From Candidatus Sumerlaeaceae bacterium (GTDB lineage: Bacteria > Sumerlaeota > Sumerlaeia > Sumerlaeales > Sumerlaeaceae), in the NCBI GenBank assembly GCA_051003195.1, contig JBPCLP010000024.1:92704-156703 (forward strand): a DNA stretch of 64,000 nt, in the 5' to 3' direction. Within the stretch, counting starts at the first letter, position 1, and every line of letters begins with the position of its first letter. Below are positions 1-9,568 of this stretch, one piece after another. Below the pieces are notes generated by a model, which made no database searches, was not told where the DNA came from, and worked only from the letters and a program-made list of their open reading frames with translations. A program made the translations under genes and the position numbers.

Positions 1-429
1 CTCGACCCGAACGCGACACCTGTTATAGCGGCAGCAGCACCCGCGGCCATGATTCCAGCTGCAGCCGTTCCGACGCCAGTCGAACCAGCAGAAAACATTC
101 AGCTTTCCTGGCTGGAGGACATTAAAAGCGCACAAGTTGATGCGGGTAAGTCCGGAAAAAAAATCTTCGTGTTCTTCTACAGCCCGGAGAGTGAGCGCAG
201 CAATAACTACGACAAAAAGGTCTTCAATAACGCCCGCGTCAAATCCGCACTAAAGGATGGCTACGTCCTCGTGCGCGTTAACATCGACGAGAACCGCAGC
301 CTCGCCAACAACCTTCAGGTATTCCGGGCCGGTACGATCAATATCTATGACGATAAAGGAAACGGCTTGAACCAATTCACCGAAACCATGGACGCGGAAG
401 AGCTCGTCACTAAACTGAAGAGCATGTGA
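1..429 (+). CDS. 5'-truncated protein: Pro/Ala linker plus C-terminal thioredoxin-like domain without CxxC
   Basis: Frame is open from base 1. 'WLEDIKSAQVDAGKSGKKIFVFFYSPES...GYVLVRVNIDE' is a thioredoxin-fold pattern; S-x-x-S stands at the CxxC position. Confidence 0.6.
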   Translation, partial: LDPNATPVIAAAAPAAMIPAAAVPTPVEPAENIQLSWLEDIKSAQVDAGKSGKKIFVFFYSPESERSNNYDKKVFNNARVKSALKDGYVLVRVNIDENRSLANNLQVFRAGTINIYDDKGNGLNQFTETMDAEELVTKLKSM

Positions 430-451
430 GCACAGTAACAGCTAACGCGAT

Positions 452-2341
452 TTAGTGCAACTCCCGCCATTCGGCAACAGCTGCCGGGTTCAGGTTTGCC
501 GAGGGGCCGCCCATTTGTATGTTTTCAATCTGAGCCTCCTGGAGATTATAAGTCATAACACGAATAGCTCCAAAGCGCTGGTCTGAATTCACGACCTGGT
601 TGGCGCCGGTCCAGTCGAGTACAACCGACAGATCCGGTAGGCGCAGCACCGTGTATTGAAGTGTCGTTCCGTTTGCGGCAGCCACTACACGGAAGCGGTA
701 AGCGCTGTTAATTCCACCGCCAACGGTCTGGCTTTTGTAAACTGTATCCCAGTCAACCGTCCGGCGCAGTACTACCTTGCTGGCGTTAACGTTGGTCCCC
801 GCGCTTGAGTAGAAGGTAAGCGAATATCCGCGTCCATCTGTGTCCGTTCGTTCACGAATACGCAGATCTAAATTTGCTTCCACGTTCGCGCCGGTCGCAA
901 TAGGGCTCGCATTGGTAAAAGTGAAATCCATCTGCAGTTTGAAATCTGCAAATTTATAGGTATCTGCGGTCCTTATGCCGGCAATTCCGTTACCGTTCGG
1001 TCCGCCGATGAGTCGCAGGTTACCAGCTCCGGAAAGCGCGACACTGCCTGCAGTGCCCTCGTTTTCGATCTTCCAGTGCGGCAATGGTTGCGCCTGATCC
1101 GGCGACCCTGACCCTGCAAAATCGTCTTCCCACCACTTGTTGGATGAAGTAATTGACGGTCCGTTGGTGCCGCCCTTTGCAAAATTTGACAGACATATGT
1201 TTTGAAAGGCGTACCATGGCTGCGTGGTAGGGGTGCCGCCTGCCGTCTTGGAATACAGCAGCGACTGCCGGTTCCAGGTAGCATCTGTGGGGTAAATGAA
1301 CCAGTTCGTCCCGGTGAATTTGTGGCTGGGTTGTCCCGGCCATACCTGGCTGGATCCGGTGTTCCACGAATTCAGCATGCTGTACGCAGTCGTAAGAAAC
1401 TGGGCGCCCAGCGGCACATCAGAGGCGTTGGGCATATCGCGATTAAATTCGGTGATGAAGATGGGCCGATCTCCGAGTCCATACTGGTCGATAATCGTAA
1501 GCTGTTGCCGCAGCGTTTCCATGAAGCCGTCTGCCCCATAGTTCCCAGTTGAGGGGTCTGCATACGAGTGAAGCGCAAATCCGTCGATCTTCGTCTTGTC
1601 TGGCACCGCTGAAATCATTCGGATGAGAAACTCATTACTGTCCATGAAACGCAATCCGCCAATGATTCCGCCGGGCGAGGTCGGTTGCATCAGGACAATC
1701 TGGTTCGCAGGATTTGTCTCCGGCGCGACCTCATGTATTTTGTCGCGGCACGCAACATACTGAGCTGCGTAAAGCTCCGGCAATTGCGCCAGGTCCTGCG
1801 CAGGCCATGCAAGATTATAGTCCGAGCTGGCACTATTCCAGCGGAAATTCTCATCCGTCAAATTCGCTTCGTTCGCCAGCACCCACACGTGGCAGTTTTT
1901 CATCAGGTTCGCAGCGGATTTGCAGTCGCTTGCGTAAGTGGTACTTGTGTACGGGTCTGCCGGAAACCCCAGGCCGCTGTTGCCCGGATATGGCATCGTC
2001 ACACCCCACTGCGGCTGCAATCGAAGCACCAGCGAGTGACCTTTGCCGGTGATCTGGCTCATCCATCCAGGCTTTGCATACGCAGTCGTTGTGTCGATGG
2101 TCGGAGCAGTCACCCAGGGGGTTTCCCACTCATTGCCGCGTGCACGCGTTGCGGTGCCATTTAACAATGCCTGGTCCAGCACCCAGATTCCTTTTCCGCC
2201 TGACATCGCTTCAACATCCGACGCACCGAGGTTCCCGTACCAGTGGATTCCGTAAAGGTAGTTTGAATCCGGTGTTACGCACCAGGAGACCTGGCAGGTA
2301 AGTGCCATGCAAATCGCGCCCGCATACACCCGTAACATCAT
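452..2341 (-). CDS. Secreted clan-A-like glycoside hydrolase with C-terminal beta-sandwich domain and Trp-containing tail
   Basis: ATG at 2341 with GGAGG upstream; signal-like N-terminus; 'VLANEAN' and 'IFITEFN' catalytic Glu motifs; ends 'PAAVAEWRELH'. Confidence 0.65.
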   Translation of the reverse strand: MMLRVYAGAICMALTCQVSWCVTPDSNYLYGIHWYGNLGASDVEAMSGGKGIWVLDQALLNGTATRARGNEWETPWVTAPTIDTTTAYAKPGWMSQITGKGHSLVLRLQPQWGVTMPYPGNSGLGFPADPYTSTTYASDCKSAANLMKNCHVWVLANEANLTDENFRWNSASSDYNLAWPAQDLAQLPELYAAQYVACRDKIHEVAPETNPANQIVLMQPTSPGGIIGGLRFMDSNEFLIRMISAVPDKTKIDGFALHSYADPSTGNYGADGFMETLRQQLTIIDQYGLGDRPIFITEFNRDMPNASDVPLGAQFLTTAYSMLNSWNTGSSQVWPGQPSHKFTGTNWFIYPTDATWNRQSLLYSKTAGGTPTTQPWYAFQNICLSNFAKGGTNGPSITSSNKWWEDDFAGSGSPDQAQPLPHWKIENEGTAGSVALSGAGNLRLIGGPNGNGIAGIRTADTYKFADFKLQMDFTFTNASPIATGANVEANLDLRIRERTDTDGRGYSLTFYSSAGTNVNASKVVLRRTVDWDTVYKSQTVGGGINSAYRFRVVAAANGTTLQYTVLRLPDLSVVLDWTGANQVVNSDQRFGAIRVMTYNLQEAQIENIQMGGPSANLNPAAVAEWRELH

Positions 2342-2459
2342 TAAGCCTCCAACTTGCCGTGCAATGCGGCGAACCGGGTTGTCCCGACCCAGTGGCCAGG
2401 GCGCAGTTGCTCCCAACGGGATACTGATAAAAAGAGCTATTTCGCCAGCGACCCTTTAG

Positions 2460-3263
2460 TCAAACTGTGATGTCGCGCAACCGGAACACGATTGCGCTGA
2501 ATACCAATGCGGCCGCGGCTACAGAACCAAGAATTATCAGGTCGTGCGTCGGCGTAGCACCTCGCAACAAGATGGAGGCCGGGCTATAGTAACGAAACAG
2601 CGAGAAGTTGGGGATGCTGCCCGAAGTAGCCCAGAGCTGTGCAAGAAAGTTCCAGACGTACATGAGTAGTGATATGGTGACCGCCCAGCCAATGGAATCG
2701 CCACGTTCGTCGTGCATCGCGGATATCGCAAGTGTGATGCTGGTCAGCGCGGCGGCGAGCAGGTACAGATTCAGCGCGACCATCCCCAGAACTCGCAGAT
2801 TCACTGGATCTGGCAATTGCGTCCAGCGCATTCCCGAAATCGTCCCGCCGACCGAACACATCACCGCGAGTGCCGGCCATGCAAGGCAGACAATAGAAGC
2901 AGCGAGCACTACCGTAAAGCGACTCACCGGCCGTGAGAGAATTAGGCCCATGGTACGCTGTTCGACGTCACCCGCCAGTAGTGCAGTTGCCGCTGCTATT
3001 GGTACCGCAAACAGGATCGCCAGTTGGAACGGGTGTTGATACGATATGACAAGGAAGCCAGAGAACGCGTTCATGGCAGCAGGGTCCACGCTGAACAGTG
3101 ACTGCACCCACTTCGGCATGAAACGAGCCATCGGTCCCGGTCCACCTGCCGCACCTATTTGTTGGAACACGCGGCATATGACAACTTGAAAGCCAAAAAG
3201 CGCTGCGCAACCGAGTAACCCCGAGCGCCACGTCCGGCGCAGATAGTTCAGAAGTAGAAACAT
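2460..3263 (-). CDS. ABC-2 type transporter permease
   Basis: About 6 hydrophobic helices; 'AGDVEQRTMGLILSRPVSR' motif; follows an ABC ATPase. Confidence 0.85.
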   Translation of the reverse strand: MFLLLNYLRRTWRSGLLGCAALFGFQVVICRVFQQIGAAGGPGPMARFMPKWVQSLFSVDPAAMNAFSGFLVISYQHPFQLAILFAVPIAAATALLAGDVEQRTMGLILSRPVSRFTVVLAASIVCLAWPALAVMCSVGGTISGMRWTQLPDPVNLRVLGMVALNLYLLAAALTSITLAISAMHDERGDSIGWAVTISLLMYVWNFLAQLWATSGSIPNFSLFRYYSPASILLRGATPTHDLIILGSVAAAALVFSAIVFRLRDITV

Positions 3264-3356
3264 ATACGTGCGCTAATCAGTCGTTTTGAATTGTCCGGCG
3301 GCGAATCGCTGGCTCCCGATGGGAGCCCCCACAAATGTGCGCCAGTGCTGTAGAGT

Positions 3357-4280
3357 TTACGCAAGATGCACCCCATATAATTTCAGGAACGATTCTTCAA
3401 ATGCCGGCTCGAATCGAAAATCCACCGGCTTGAGCTGCGCCAGTTCCTGTAATACTCGCGGCGCATCAGCAGGCGAGGCATAATACACGAGCCAACCGCC
3501 TGCTTCGGTGCGAAGAAAGCGCGCGCGGGCAATTGCCGGCACCTGTCCAGCACCGATCTCCTGTGTCTCTGAATCTGTATTTGTCGCCAGTTTTACCCAC
3601 AGCAGTCGGTCCGCGCCCGCGGCCAGGTCTGGTAGTGTGGAATCGAGAACCAGCTTCCCCTCACGAACGACACCCACCCGATCGCACAGGCGTTGAACCT
3701 CCGACAGCACGTGCGAGCAAAAAAACACAGTGCGACCCCTGTCGCGCATTTCACGCAATACTTCAAACAGTCCCGCCTGCACCAGCGGATCAAGTCCGCT
3801 GGTCGGTTCATCCAGGATCACAAGCTCAGGCTCGTGTTGCAGCGCCTGGACGATGCCTATCTTCTGTTTCATTCCCTTGGAATAGTACTTAACTCGCCGC
3901 CGCAGGTCTTCCGGGGTCAGTTGCAACTGTTTGCACAGCCACTCCCGCAGAGGTGCATTTCCCCCCGACAGGTGCTGGTAGAAGCGCAGGGTCGCCATGC
4001 CCGTGTACGATTCGTTTAATCCGAGTTCGCCAGGCAGGTAGCCAATCCTTGCGCGTACCGATGCAGCGCCCGCACCCGAGCGTTCCCCAAACAGTCGCAC
4101 GCTGCCGTGCGAAGGGCGGACTAATCCCAGCATCAGCCGGATTGTCGTTGTTTTACCCGCGCCGTTCGGACCAAGAAACCCTAATATTTCCCCCGCCTTG
4201 ATCGACAAGTTGAGTCGATCGATCCCGCGTCCCGGCGCATAGAGCTTGGTCAGGTCTTTTGTTTCAATAACTGCGGACAT
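3357..4280 (-). CDS. ABC transporter ATP-binding protein
   Basis: Walker A GPNGAGKTT, signature YSKGMKQK, Walker B ILDEP. Confidence 0.95.
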   Translation of the reverse strand: MSAVIETKDLTKLYAPGRGIDRLNLSIKAGEILGFLGPNGAGKTTTIRLMLGLVRPSHGSVRLFGERSGAGAASVRARIGYLPGELGLNESYTGMATLRFYQHLSGGNAPLREWLCKQLQLTPEDLRRRVKYYSKGMKQKIGIVQALQHEPELVILDEPTSGLDPLVQAGLFEVLREMRDRGRTVFFCSHVLSEVQRLCDRVGVVREGKLVLDSTLPDLAAGADRLLWVKLATNTDSETQEIGAGQVPAIARARFLRTEAGGWLVYYASPADAPRVLQELAQLKPVDFRFEPAFEESFLKLYGVHLA

Positions 4281-4329
4281 CGGATGGAAATTCGGGCGTG
4301 GTCAGCCGCGAGTCAATACACAGAATCGA

Positions 4330-4800
4330 TTAGACAAACGCTTCACGCATCAGCTCGATCTTCAATACCTTATCTTGCCCATCCAGGTAAACACAGACAA
4401 TATCATACCGGTGGGGCGAGGCGTGCCGATAGGCACCTAAAAAGTGCGCAGCACTGCTGCGTATTCGCCCCTGTTTGTCGTCGTCCACGGCATCGACTGG
4501 GGGAAGCAGCGCCCGGGGGGAACGAGTCTTCACCTCAACAAAAGCAAGCGTACCGCGATCCTCTGCGATAATGTCGATTTCCCCGGCTGGGCACCGATGG
4601 TTTCGCTCAAGGATTCGATACCCAGATCGCTGCAAGTGTCGCACTGCTGCGTTTTCACCAAGGTCACCAATGATGCGGTTCAGAGTTTTTCGATTAGCTT
4701 CTACTCTAGTTACGTCGGCATTCCTTTTCGCTCGACGTACCTTACCTGCCAGCGCGCCCGGTGCGACGTGCATAAGAGCGTTGAGTAAGCGCCGTGACAT
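4330..4800 (-). CDS. yraN: YraN/UPF0102 family endonuclease-like protein
   Basis: 'GENAAVRHLQRSGYRILERN...GEIDIIA...FVEVKTR...RYDIV'. Confidence 0.9.
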   Translation of the reverse strand: MSRRLLNALMHVAPGALAGKVRRAKRNADVTRVEANRKTLNRIIGDLGENAAVRHLQRSGYRILERNHRCPAGEIDIIAEDRGTLAFVEVKTRSPRALLPPVDAVDDDKQGRIRSSAAHFLGAYRHASPHRYDIVCVYLDGQDKVLKIELMREAFV

Positions 4801-4808
4801 ACCTTGGG

Positions 4809-5555
4809 CTATCGTTCCCGCAGAAAGCGTCCAATAAATACGTGCGAGTCGGCCTGTCCCTTATAGACGCCAAACCCGTCGACCAGCAGCCGCTTTCCGT
4901 CAATACGTTCGCGATAATGCTCCACTCCGTCATTAATGTCCGCGGTTAAAAACAGCTGACCGTCGTTAAAATGGCCAGTCTGTTTTGCAACGTCCCCATT
5001 CGGCCGCTTGATTGTAACGCGTATGCTGTTACCCTCATTTACGTACGTCGCCGTCTCGGCCGTGACCCACGTCTTCGAAATTCGATCGAAGTAGAACGAC
5101 TCCATTTTCATCGTACCATCGCCGTTCAATGTGTACTCCACCGAAGCCGCCTGGCTTTGTTCCTTTTTCCCCGCAGGGGAGTAGACCCAGAAGTCGCCCT
5201 TCCATTTGCCTGCATAGCGTTGAAACAGGTCGCCAGGTATGCGTTCCGCATTAATTTCCTGGCTGAGTTTCTGCGCGCCTTTACGGATTGTTTCCTTATC
5301 CGCCGTCGGCTTCGCGGCGCTGTTTGGGGGCGGTGTACCCTCGACGATCTTCACCCGTGGTCTTCCCTTGCCTGCCTCGGCGGGTGCGGGTGTCGCAGCC
5401 ATAGCCGCAGCCTGCTGTGCCGCGGCAGCCTCCTCTTCCGCAGGATCTGAGCCGCTGACCTTGTCCTTAAGTGCGGACCATAAGCTCGCATGGCTCGCCG
5501 TCAGCCCAATAGTCATCAGCATTGCAGCAAGTGTCATTTTTACAACATTCTTCAT
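4809..5555 (-). CDS. Secreted hypothetical protein (beta-rich C-terminal domain)
   Basis: Signal peptide 'MKNVVKMTLAAMLMTIGLTASHA', Ala/Pro linker, beta-strand-like domain. Confidence 0.7.
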   Translation of the reverse strand: MKNVVKMTLAAMLMTIGLTASHASLWSALKDKVSGSDPAEEEAAAAQQAAAMAATPAPAEAGKGRPRVKIVEGTPPPNSAAKPTADKETIRKGAQKLSQEINAERIPGDLFQRYAGKWKGDFWVYSPAGKKEQSQAASVEYTLNGDGTMKMESFYFDRISKTWVTAETATYVNEGNSIRVTIKRPNGDVAKQTGHFNDGQLFLTADINDGVEHYRERIDGKRLLVDGFGVYKGQADSHVFIGRFLRER

Positions 5556-5660
5556 TTTTCAGTACGCCTCTTTTTTCATGGCATGTCGGCTATTCGGCAC
5601 GACTGTCTCTTGCTCCTGGCGTTTAAGAACAGTTCAAAATTGGAAAGACAGTTTGCGACC

Positions 5661-6617
5661 GTGCAGTCCAAAAACCCTCCTATAAGACCGGAACTTGCCC
5701 GACTTCAAAATAATATCGAACTGGTGCTCAAGGGCAAAAGCGCTATCGTCCAGAATGCCATTATATGCATTCTTGCTCGCGGGCATCTACTTATCGAAGA
5801 TGTACCGGGAGTAGGCAAGACAACGCTGGCTCAATGTATTGCGCGCTCGATCAGTCTTTCCTTCTCTCGCATCCAGTTCACCAGCGATATGCTTCCATCG
5901 GATATTCTTGGCGTAACCATGTACAATCAGCAGTCGCGCGAGTTTGAGTTCAAGCCCGGGCCGTTGTTTGCGAATATCGTACTGGCCGATGAGCTGAACC
6001 GTACCACGCCCAAAACACAGAGCGCCCTTCTGGAAGCGATGAACAGTTCTCAGGTTTCGACCGAGAAGCAAACCCTGGATCTACCGCAGCCGTTCATGGT
6101 CCTCGCCACACAGAACCCCATTGAATTTCACGGCACGTTCCCTTTGCCCAAAAGCCAGATGGACCGCTTCCTCATGAGGATCCACCTTGGCTACCCGGCA
6201 CTGGATGACGAGATTACCGTCCTCAAGGAGCAGAAGGTGGTCGGCAACCTGGAAGCCGTACAGTCCGTTATTTCATCCGAGGAAATGCTGCGCATGCAGC
6301 ACGAGGTCGACCAGGTTAAGATCGATGACAGCCTGCTCGAGTACCTTGCGCGAATTGTTTCCGCAACCCGGGCGACCCAGGCCATCATACTGGGCGCCAG
6401 CACTCGCGGTGCGCTCGCCCTGCGTCGCGCAGCCCAGGCTAAGGCTTACTTCGAGGACCGCACCTATTGTGTCCCCGACGACATCAAAAGTATGGTCACT
6501 CCTGTGCTGGCGCATCGAGTGCAAATTCAGGAGGGGTTTGAAAGTACCGGTTTCATTCATGAGGAGGAACATCGTATTCTTTCCCAGATGCTTGCAGAGG
6601 TCGATGTTCCGCTCTGA
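5661..6617 (+). CDS. moxR: MoxR family AAA+ ATPase
   Basis: 'HLLIEDVPGVGKT', 'RIQFTSDMLPSD', 'LADELNR', 'ATQNPIE'; start uncertain (GTG 5661 chosen). Confidence 0.9.
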   Translation: MQSKNPPIRPELARLQNNIELVLKGKSAIVQNAIICILARGHLLIEDVPGVGKTTLAQCIARSISLSFSRIQFTSDMLPSDILGVTMYNQQSREFEFKPGPLFANIVLADELNRTTPKTQSALLEAMNSSQVSTEKQTLDLPQPFMVLATQNPIEFHGTFPLPKSQMDRFLMRIHLGYPALDDEITVLKEQKVVGNLEAVQSVISSEEMLRMQHEVDQVKIDDSLLEYLARIVSATRATQAIILGASTRGALALRRAAQAKAYFEDRTYCVPDDIKSMVTPVLAHRVQIQEGFESTGFIHEEEHRILSQMLAEVDVPL

Positions 6618-6712
6618 TGCCCGTAATGCTCAGCAACCGAGAATAACGATGCCGCGCCTCCCGTATTTAGGACTACCCGCAATAACCGCCTCGGAGAAAC
6701 GAGAGAGCAAAC

Positions 6713-7570
6713 ATGAGTTTTGAACAGAACCTGAATGACCGCAAGCTTGGCCATGAGTGGTATGGCTGGGATGGCAATATCGATGCGCACGAGGCGTTTA
6801 TTAAAGAGCCAAAGCGCTTGTTCATGGGAATGGTTGCCTTTACATTCGGGCTTATTTTTGCTGGTGCGTGTCTTTTAGCCTGGGGATTTTACCCACGTCT
6901 GCAGAGCCTGCATCCCGCCCTCGGTACGGCTTCGCTGACACTCGTTCTGCTTCTTGCCGCCACCTTCCTTACGCTGTTTGGCACGGTTTCCTTTGCTCTT
7001 CTTTCACATAAGCCCGTAAAACTTGCCGAAAGCATCGGCATGCGTCTGTTACAGATTTTTCCGCTCATCTGCTTCGTTGCCCGCCAGTGCGGGATCTCGA
7101 AAGACCGGCTTGGCTACTCCCTCGTCGAAGTTCACAACGAACTGACCCGCATACGTCTGCGCAAAGCCTCCAACGGGCGGATTCTCGTGCTTTCCCCAAG
7201 GTGCCTTGATCGTGAAAACGTTGAGCAGATTCGCGCACTCACTTCTGAGTATGACTGCGATTTCTACATGGCGCCGACCGGCGCACAGGCCCGGCAGAAA
7301 ATAGTTCAGGTAAAGCCCGCGGCAATCATCGGCATCGCCTGCGAGCGCGATTTGATTACCGGAATTCGCGACGTAGGTTACCACTACCCGGTCATCGGTG
7401 TGACCAACAAGCGCCCCGCAGGGCCATGTAAGGGCGCTTTCATCGATATGTCCGAACTGCGAAACGCGATCGAGATATTTCGCGACCGATATGAGATCCG
7501 CAGCAATGGCTCCCAGTCGGACTTTTCCGAAGCGCCCGTCGGTCAGCCTCAAGTCGCCTCCGCCTCCTGA
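6713..7570 (+). CDS. DUF116-like membrane-anchored protein
   Basis: Two TM helices, then 'LSPRCL...TGAQAR...IIGIACERDL...GPC'. Confidence 0.75.
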   Translation: MSFEQNLNDRKLGHEWYGWDGNIDAHEAFIKEPKRLFMGMVAFTFGLIFAGACLLAWGFYPRLQSLHPALGTASLTLVLLLAATFLTLFGTVSFALLSHKPVKLAESIGMRLLQIFPLICFVARQCGISKDRLGYSLVEVHNELTRIRLRKASNGRILVLSPRCLDRENVEQIRALTSEYDCDFYMAPTGAQARQKIVQVKPAAIIGIACERDLITGIRDVGYHYPVIGVTNKRPAGPCKGAFIDMSELRNAIEIFRDRYEIRSNGSQSDFSEAPVGQPQVASAS

Positions 7571-7592
7571 TCCCGCACCGTAAGGGCCGCAC

Positions 7593-7841
7593 ATGCCAAC
7601 CGTAAGCGTGAACTACTATCACCGCCTTCGTGAACTAAGTGGATTTCAGTCGGAGCGAATGCACCTCGACGCCGGTGCCACAGTGACTGATCTTAAACAT
7701 AAGGTACTCTGCACTCACCCCGCCATCCAGCCCTTTCACGATTCCTTATTGATCGCGCGGAACAATGAGTACGCCCAGGGAGGTGAAACATTATGCGATG
7801 ATGACGTACTTGATTTTATGCCTCCGGTTAGTGGTGGTTGA
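7593..7841 (+). CDS. moaD: MoaD/ThiS sulfur carrier
   Basis: 82 aa ending PPVSGG; upstream of moaE. Confidence 0.9.
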   Translation: MPTVSVNYYHRLRELSGFQSERMHLDAGATVTDLKHKVLCTHPAIQPFHDSLLIARNNEYAQGGETLCDDDVLDFMPPVSGG

Positions 7842-7899
7842 TCCTCCCGTTCGGCGAAAAGTGAATCGGCGGGTATGAAATGTTCTATAATTGCCTGAT

Positions 7900-8385
7900 A
7901 TGCCTGCGATTGAAGCGCGAAATGTTAACATTGGCTCTGACGAGTTTACCCTCACTGGCGTCTATTGCCGTGTTTTGCCGGCAGGTGAGCATACCAGCGC
8001 CGCTGAACTTTCCCAGAGAATCGGGTTTGCCGAATGTGGTGCCGTTGTTTCATTCGAGGGCATCGTGCGCCACACCGAAGCTCAGAAGTCACTCGAGGCA
8101 ATTGATTATCATTTCCACCCGGTTATGGCTGGCCTGGAACTTGCTCGCATTTGTCACTCAGCATTGCGGCGGTTTGATGTCGTGCAAATCGCATGCGAAC
8201 ATTGCACGGGACGGGTTCCGGTGCAAGTGGCATCCGTCGCGCTGGCTATCGGCAGCCGACATCGCGCCGACGCATTTGCTGCGTGTCAGTACATCCTGGA
8301 TGAGCTGAAAAGAGTAGTGCCAATTTGGAAAACTCCAATTTACGCTGTCCAGGGTGATTTCAGCGATAAAGGGCTCGCCACATGA
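7900..8385 (+). CDS. moaE: Molybdopterin synthase catalytic subunit
   Basis: 'GAVVSFEGIVR...HRADAFAACQYILDELKRVVPIWK'. Confidence 0.88.
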   Translation: MPAIEARNVNIGSDEFTLTGVYCRVLPAGEHTSAAELSQRIGFAECGAVVSFEGIVRHTEAQKSLEAIDYHFHPVMAGLELARICHSALRRFDVVQIACEHCTGRVPVQVASVALAIGSRHRADAFAACQYILDELKRVVPIWKTPIYAVQGDFSDKGLAT

Positions 8386-9098
8386 CAGACATCAAAGAAA
8401 CCTACGACGTTTTTGGTAAAGCTGTAGTCGACCAGGTTCAGTTGGAGGTGAACCGAAACAGCGATTTAAAAATGCTGCTGACCCGCCTGAACGAGGAAGT
8501 GCCAGAGCAGCTTGACGAGCAGCACATGCTGCTGAAGAAGATAATCACCCGCTATGGTCCGCTTTTCTTTCTTACGGTTGCCAAATCGGATTGGACTCCC
8601 GAACAGGTAGAACGCATGAAATCCAATCTGAAGGCTGGCTTGGAAACTCCTCTGCCCGGCACCCTCCGGCGGCTTACGCCTCAATCCCGCGCGTCTGCCC
8701 GGGGTAATGCCCTGGGCTCAGGAATGGGTACGTCAAGGTCTGCCACGCCAAAACCGGAAAGCGCCCCCGAACCACGCAAAATCTACCCGTCCGATCGCAA
8801 ACAGATTGTGCAGCCAAGATCTCCCTACAGCGCACCTTCCAGGCACGGAGACGTTGCGCCTCAGCGGCGAGCGCAGGATCGTGCGGCTGCGCCACCGGCC
8901 CGCGTCTTGGTAGACGTGCCAACGTACAAAGGACCCGATCGTCGAGTTCTTGCCGACAGGCGAGTCGGTCCGACCGACCGACGGGCTGATCTGGAAATGG
9001 TTTATAAAAACCAGCGCTACGGCGGACGGGACCGGCGCAAAACGGTCCGTCGTGCTGCCGACCTCGCAAAGCAGGCCGGTGGCGGCACGGATAGTTGA
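8382..9098 (+). CDS. Hypothetical protein with C-terminal DRR repeats
   Basis: ATGA overlap with moaE; 'GPDRRVLADRRVGPTDRRADL...GRDRRKTVRR'. Confidence 0.7.
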   Translation: MTDIKETYDVFGKAVVDQVQLEVNRNSDLKMLLTRLNEEVPEQLDEQHMLLKKIITRYGPLFFLTVAKSDWTPEQVERMKSNLKAGLETPLPGTLRRLTPQSRASARGNALGSGMGTSRSATPKPESAPEPRKIYPSDRKQIVQPRSPYSAPSRHGDVAPQRRAQDRAAAPPARVLVDVPTYKGPDRRVLADRRVGPTDRRADLEMVYKNQRYGGRDRRKTVRRAADLAKQAGGGTDS

Positions 9099-9469
9099 GT
9101 TCCGGCCAGGCTGTTGTTGTCATTAATAAAACAATTTCTGAGGGTGAAAGCGCCGCTTTTGCCTATCGGGACGAGTATGGCTTGATCGCAGAAGGCTTCG
9201 TGTTCCGTCGCAACGGAGTACTGCACGCCTACCGCAACCAGTGCCGCCACCGGCCATTGACGCTGGACTACGGCGACGGTGAATTGTTTACCGAAGATCG
9301 GCGCTATCTGCTCTGCCGTAACCACGGTGCCTTATATGAACCTGAGACCGGCCTCTGCATCGCCGGTCCTTGCACTGGGGCATCGCTGTTCCGGCTCCAC
9401 GCCATCGGTTCAGGTGCGGGAATTGAAATCTTTGCTCCGCCGGAAAATGCGGACATTGAGCTTGAATGA
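9095..9469 (+). CDS. Rieske [2Fe-2S] ferredoxin
   Basis: 'NQCRH' and 'CRNHGALY...GLCIAGPC' Rieske boxes. Confidence 0.9.
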   Translation: MSSGQAVVVINKTISEGESAAFAYRDEYGLIAEGFVFRRNGVLHAYRNQCRHRPLTLDYGDGELFTEDRRYLLCRNHGALYEPETGLCIAGPCTGASLFRLHAIGSGAGIEIFAPPENADIELE

Positions 9470-9568
9470 CAAATAGCCTGACTCCACCGCGACGAAGTGC
9501 TAATTGATGCTTGAGCGCGACTTCTGCGCCCCGTGTTGTGTCCGCTAAATGATAGAATCAGGGGTTGT

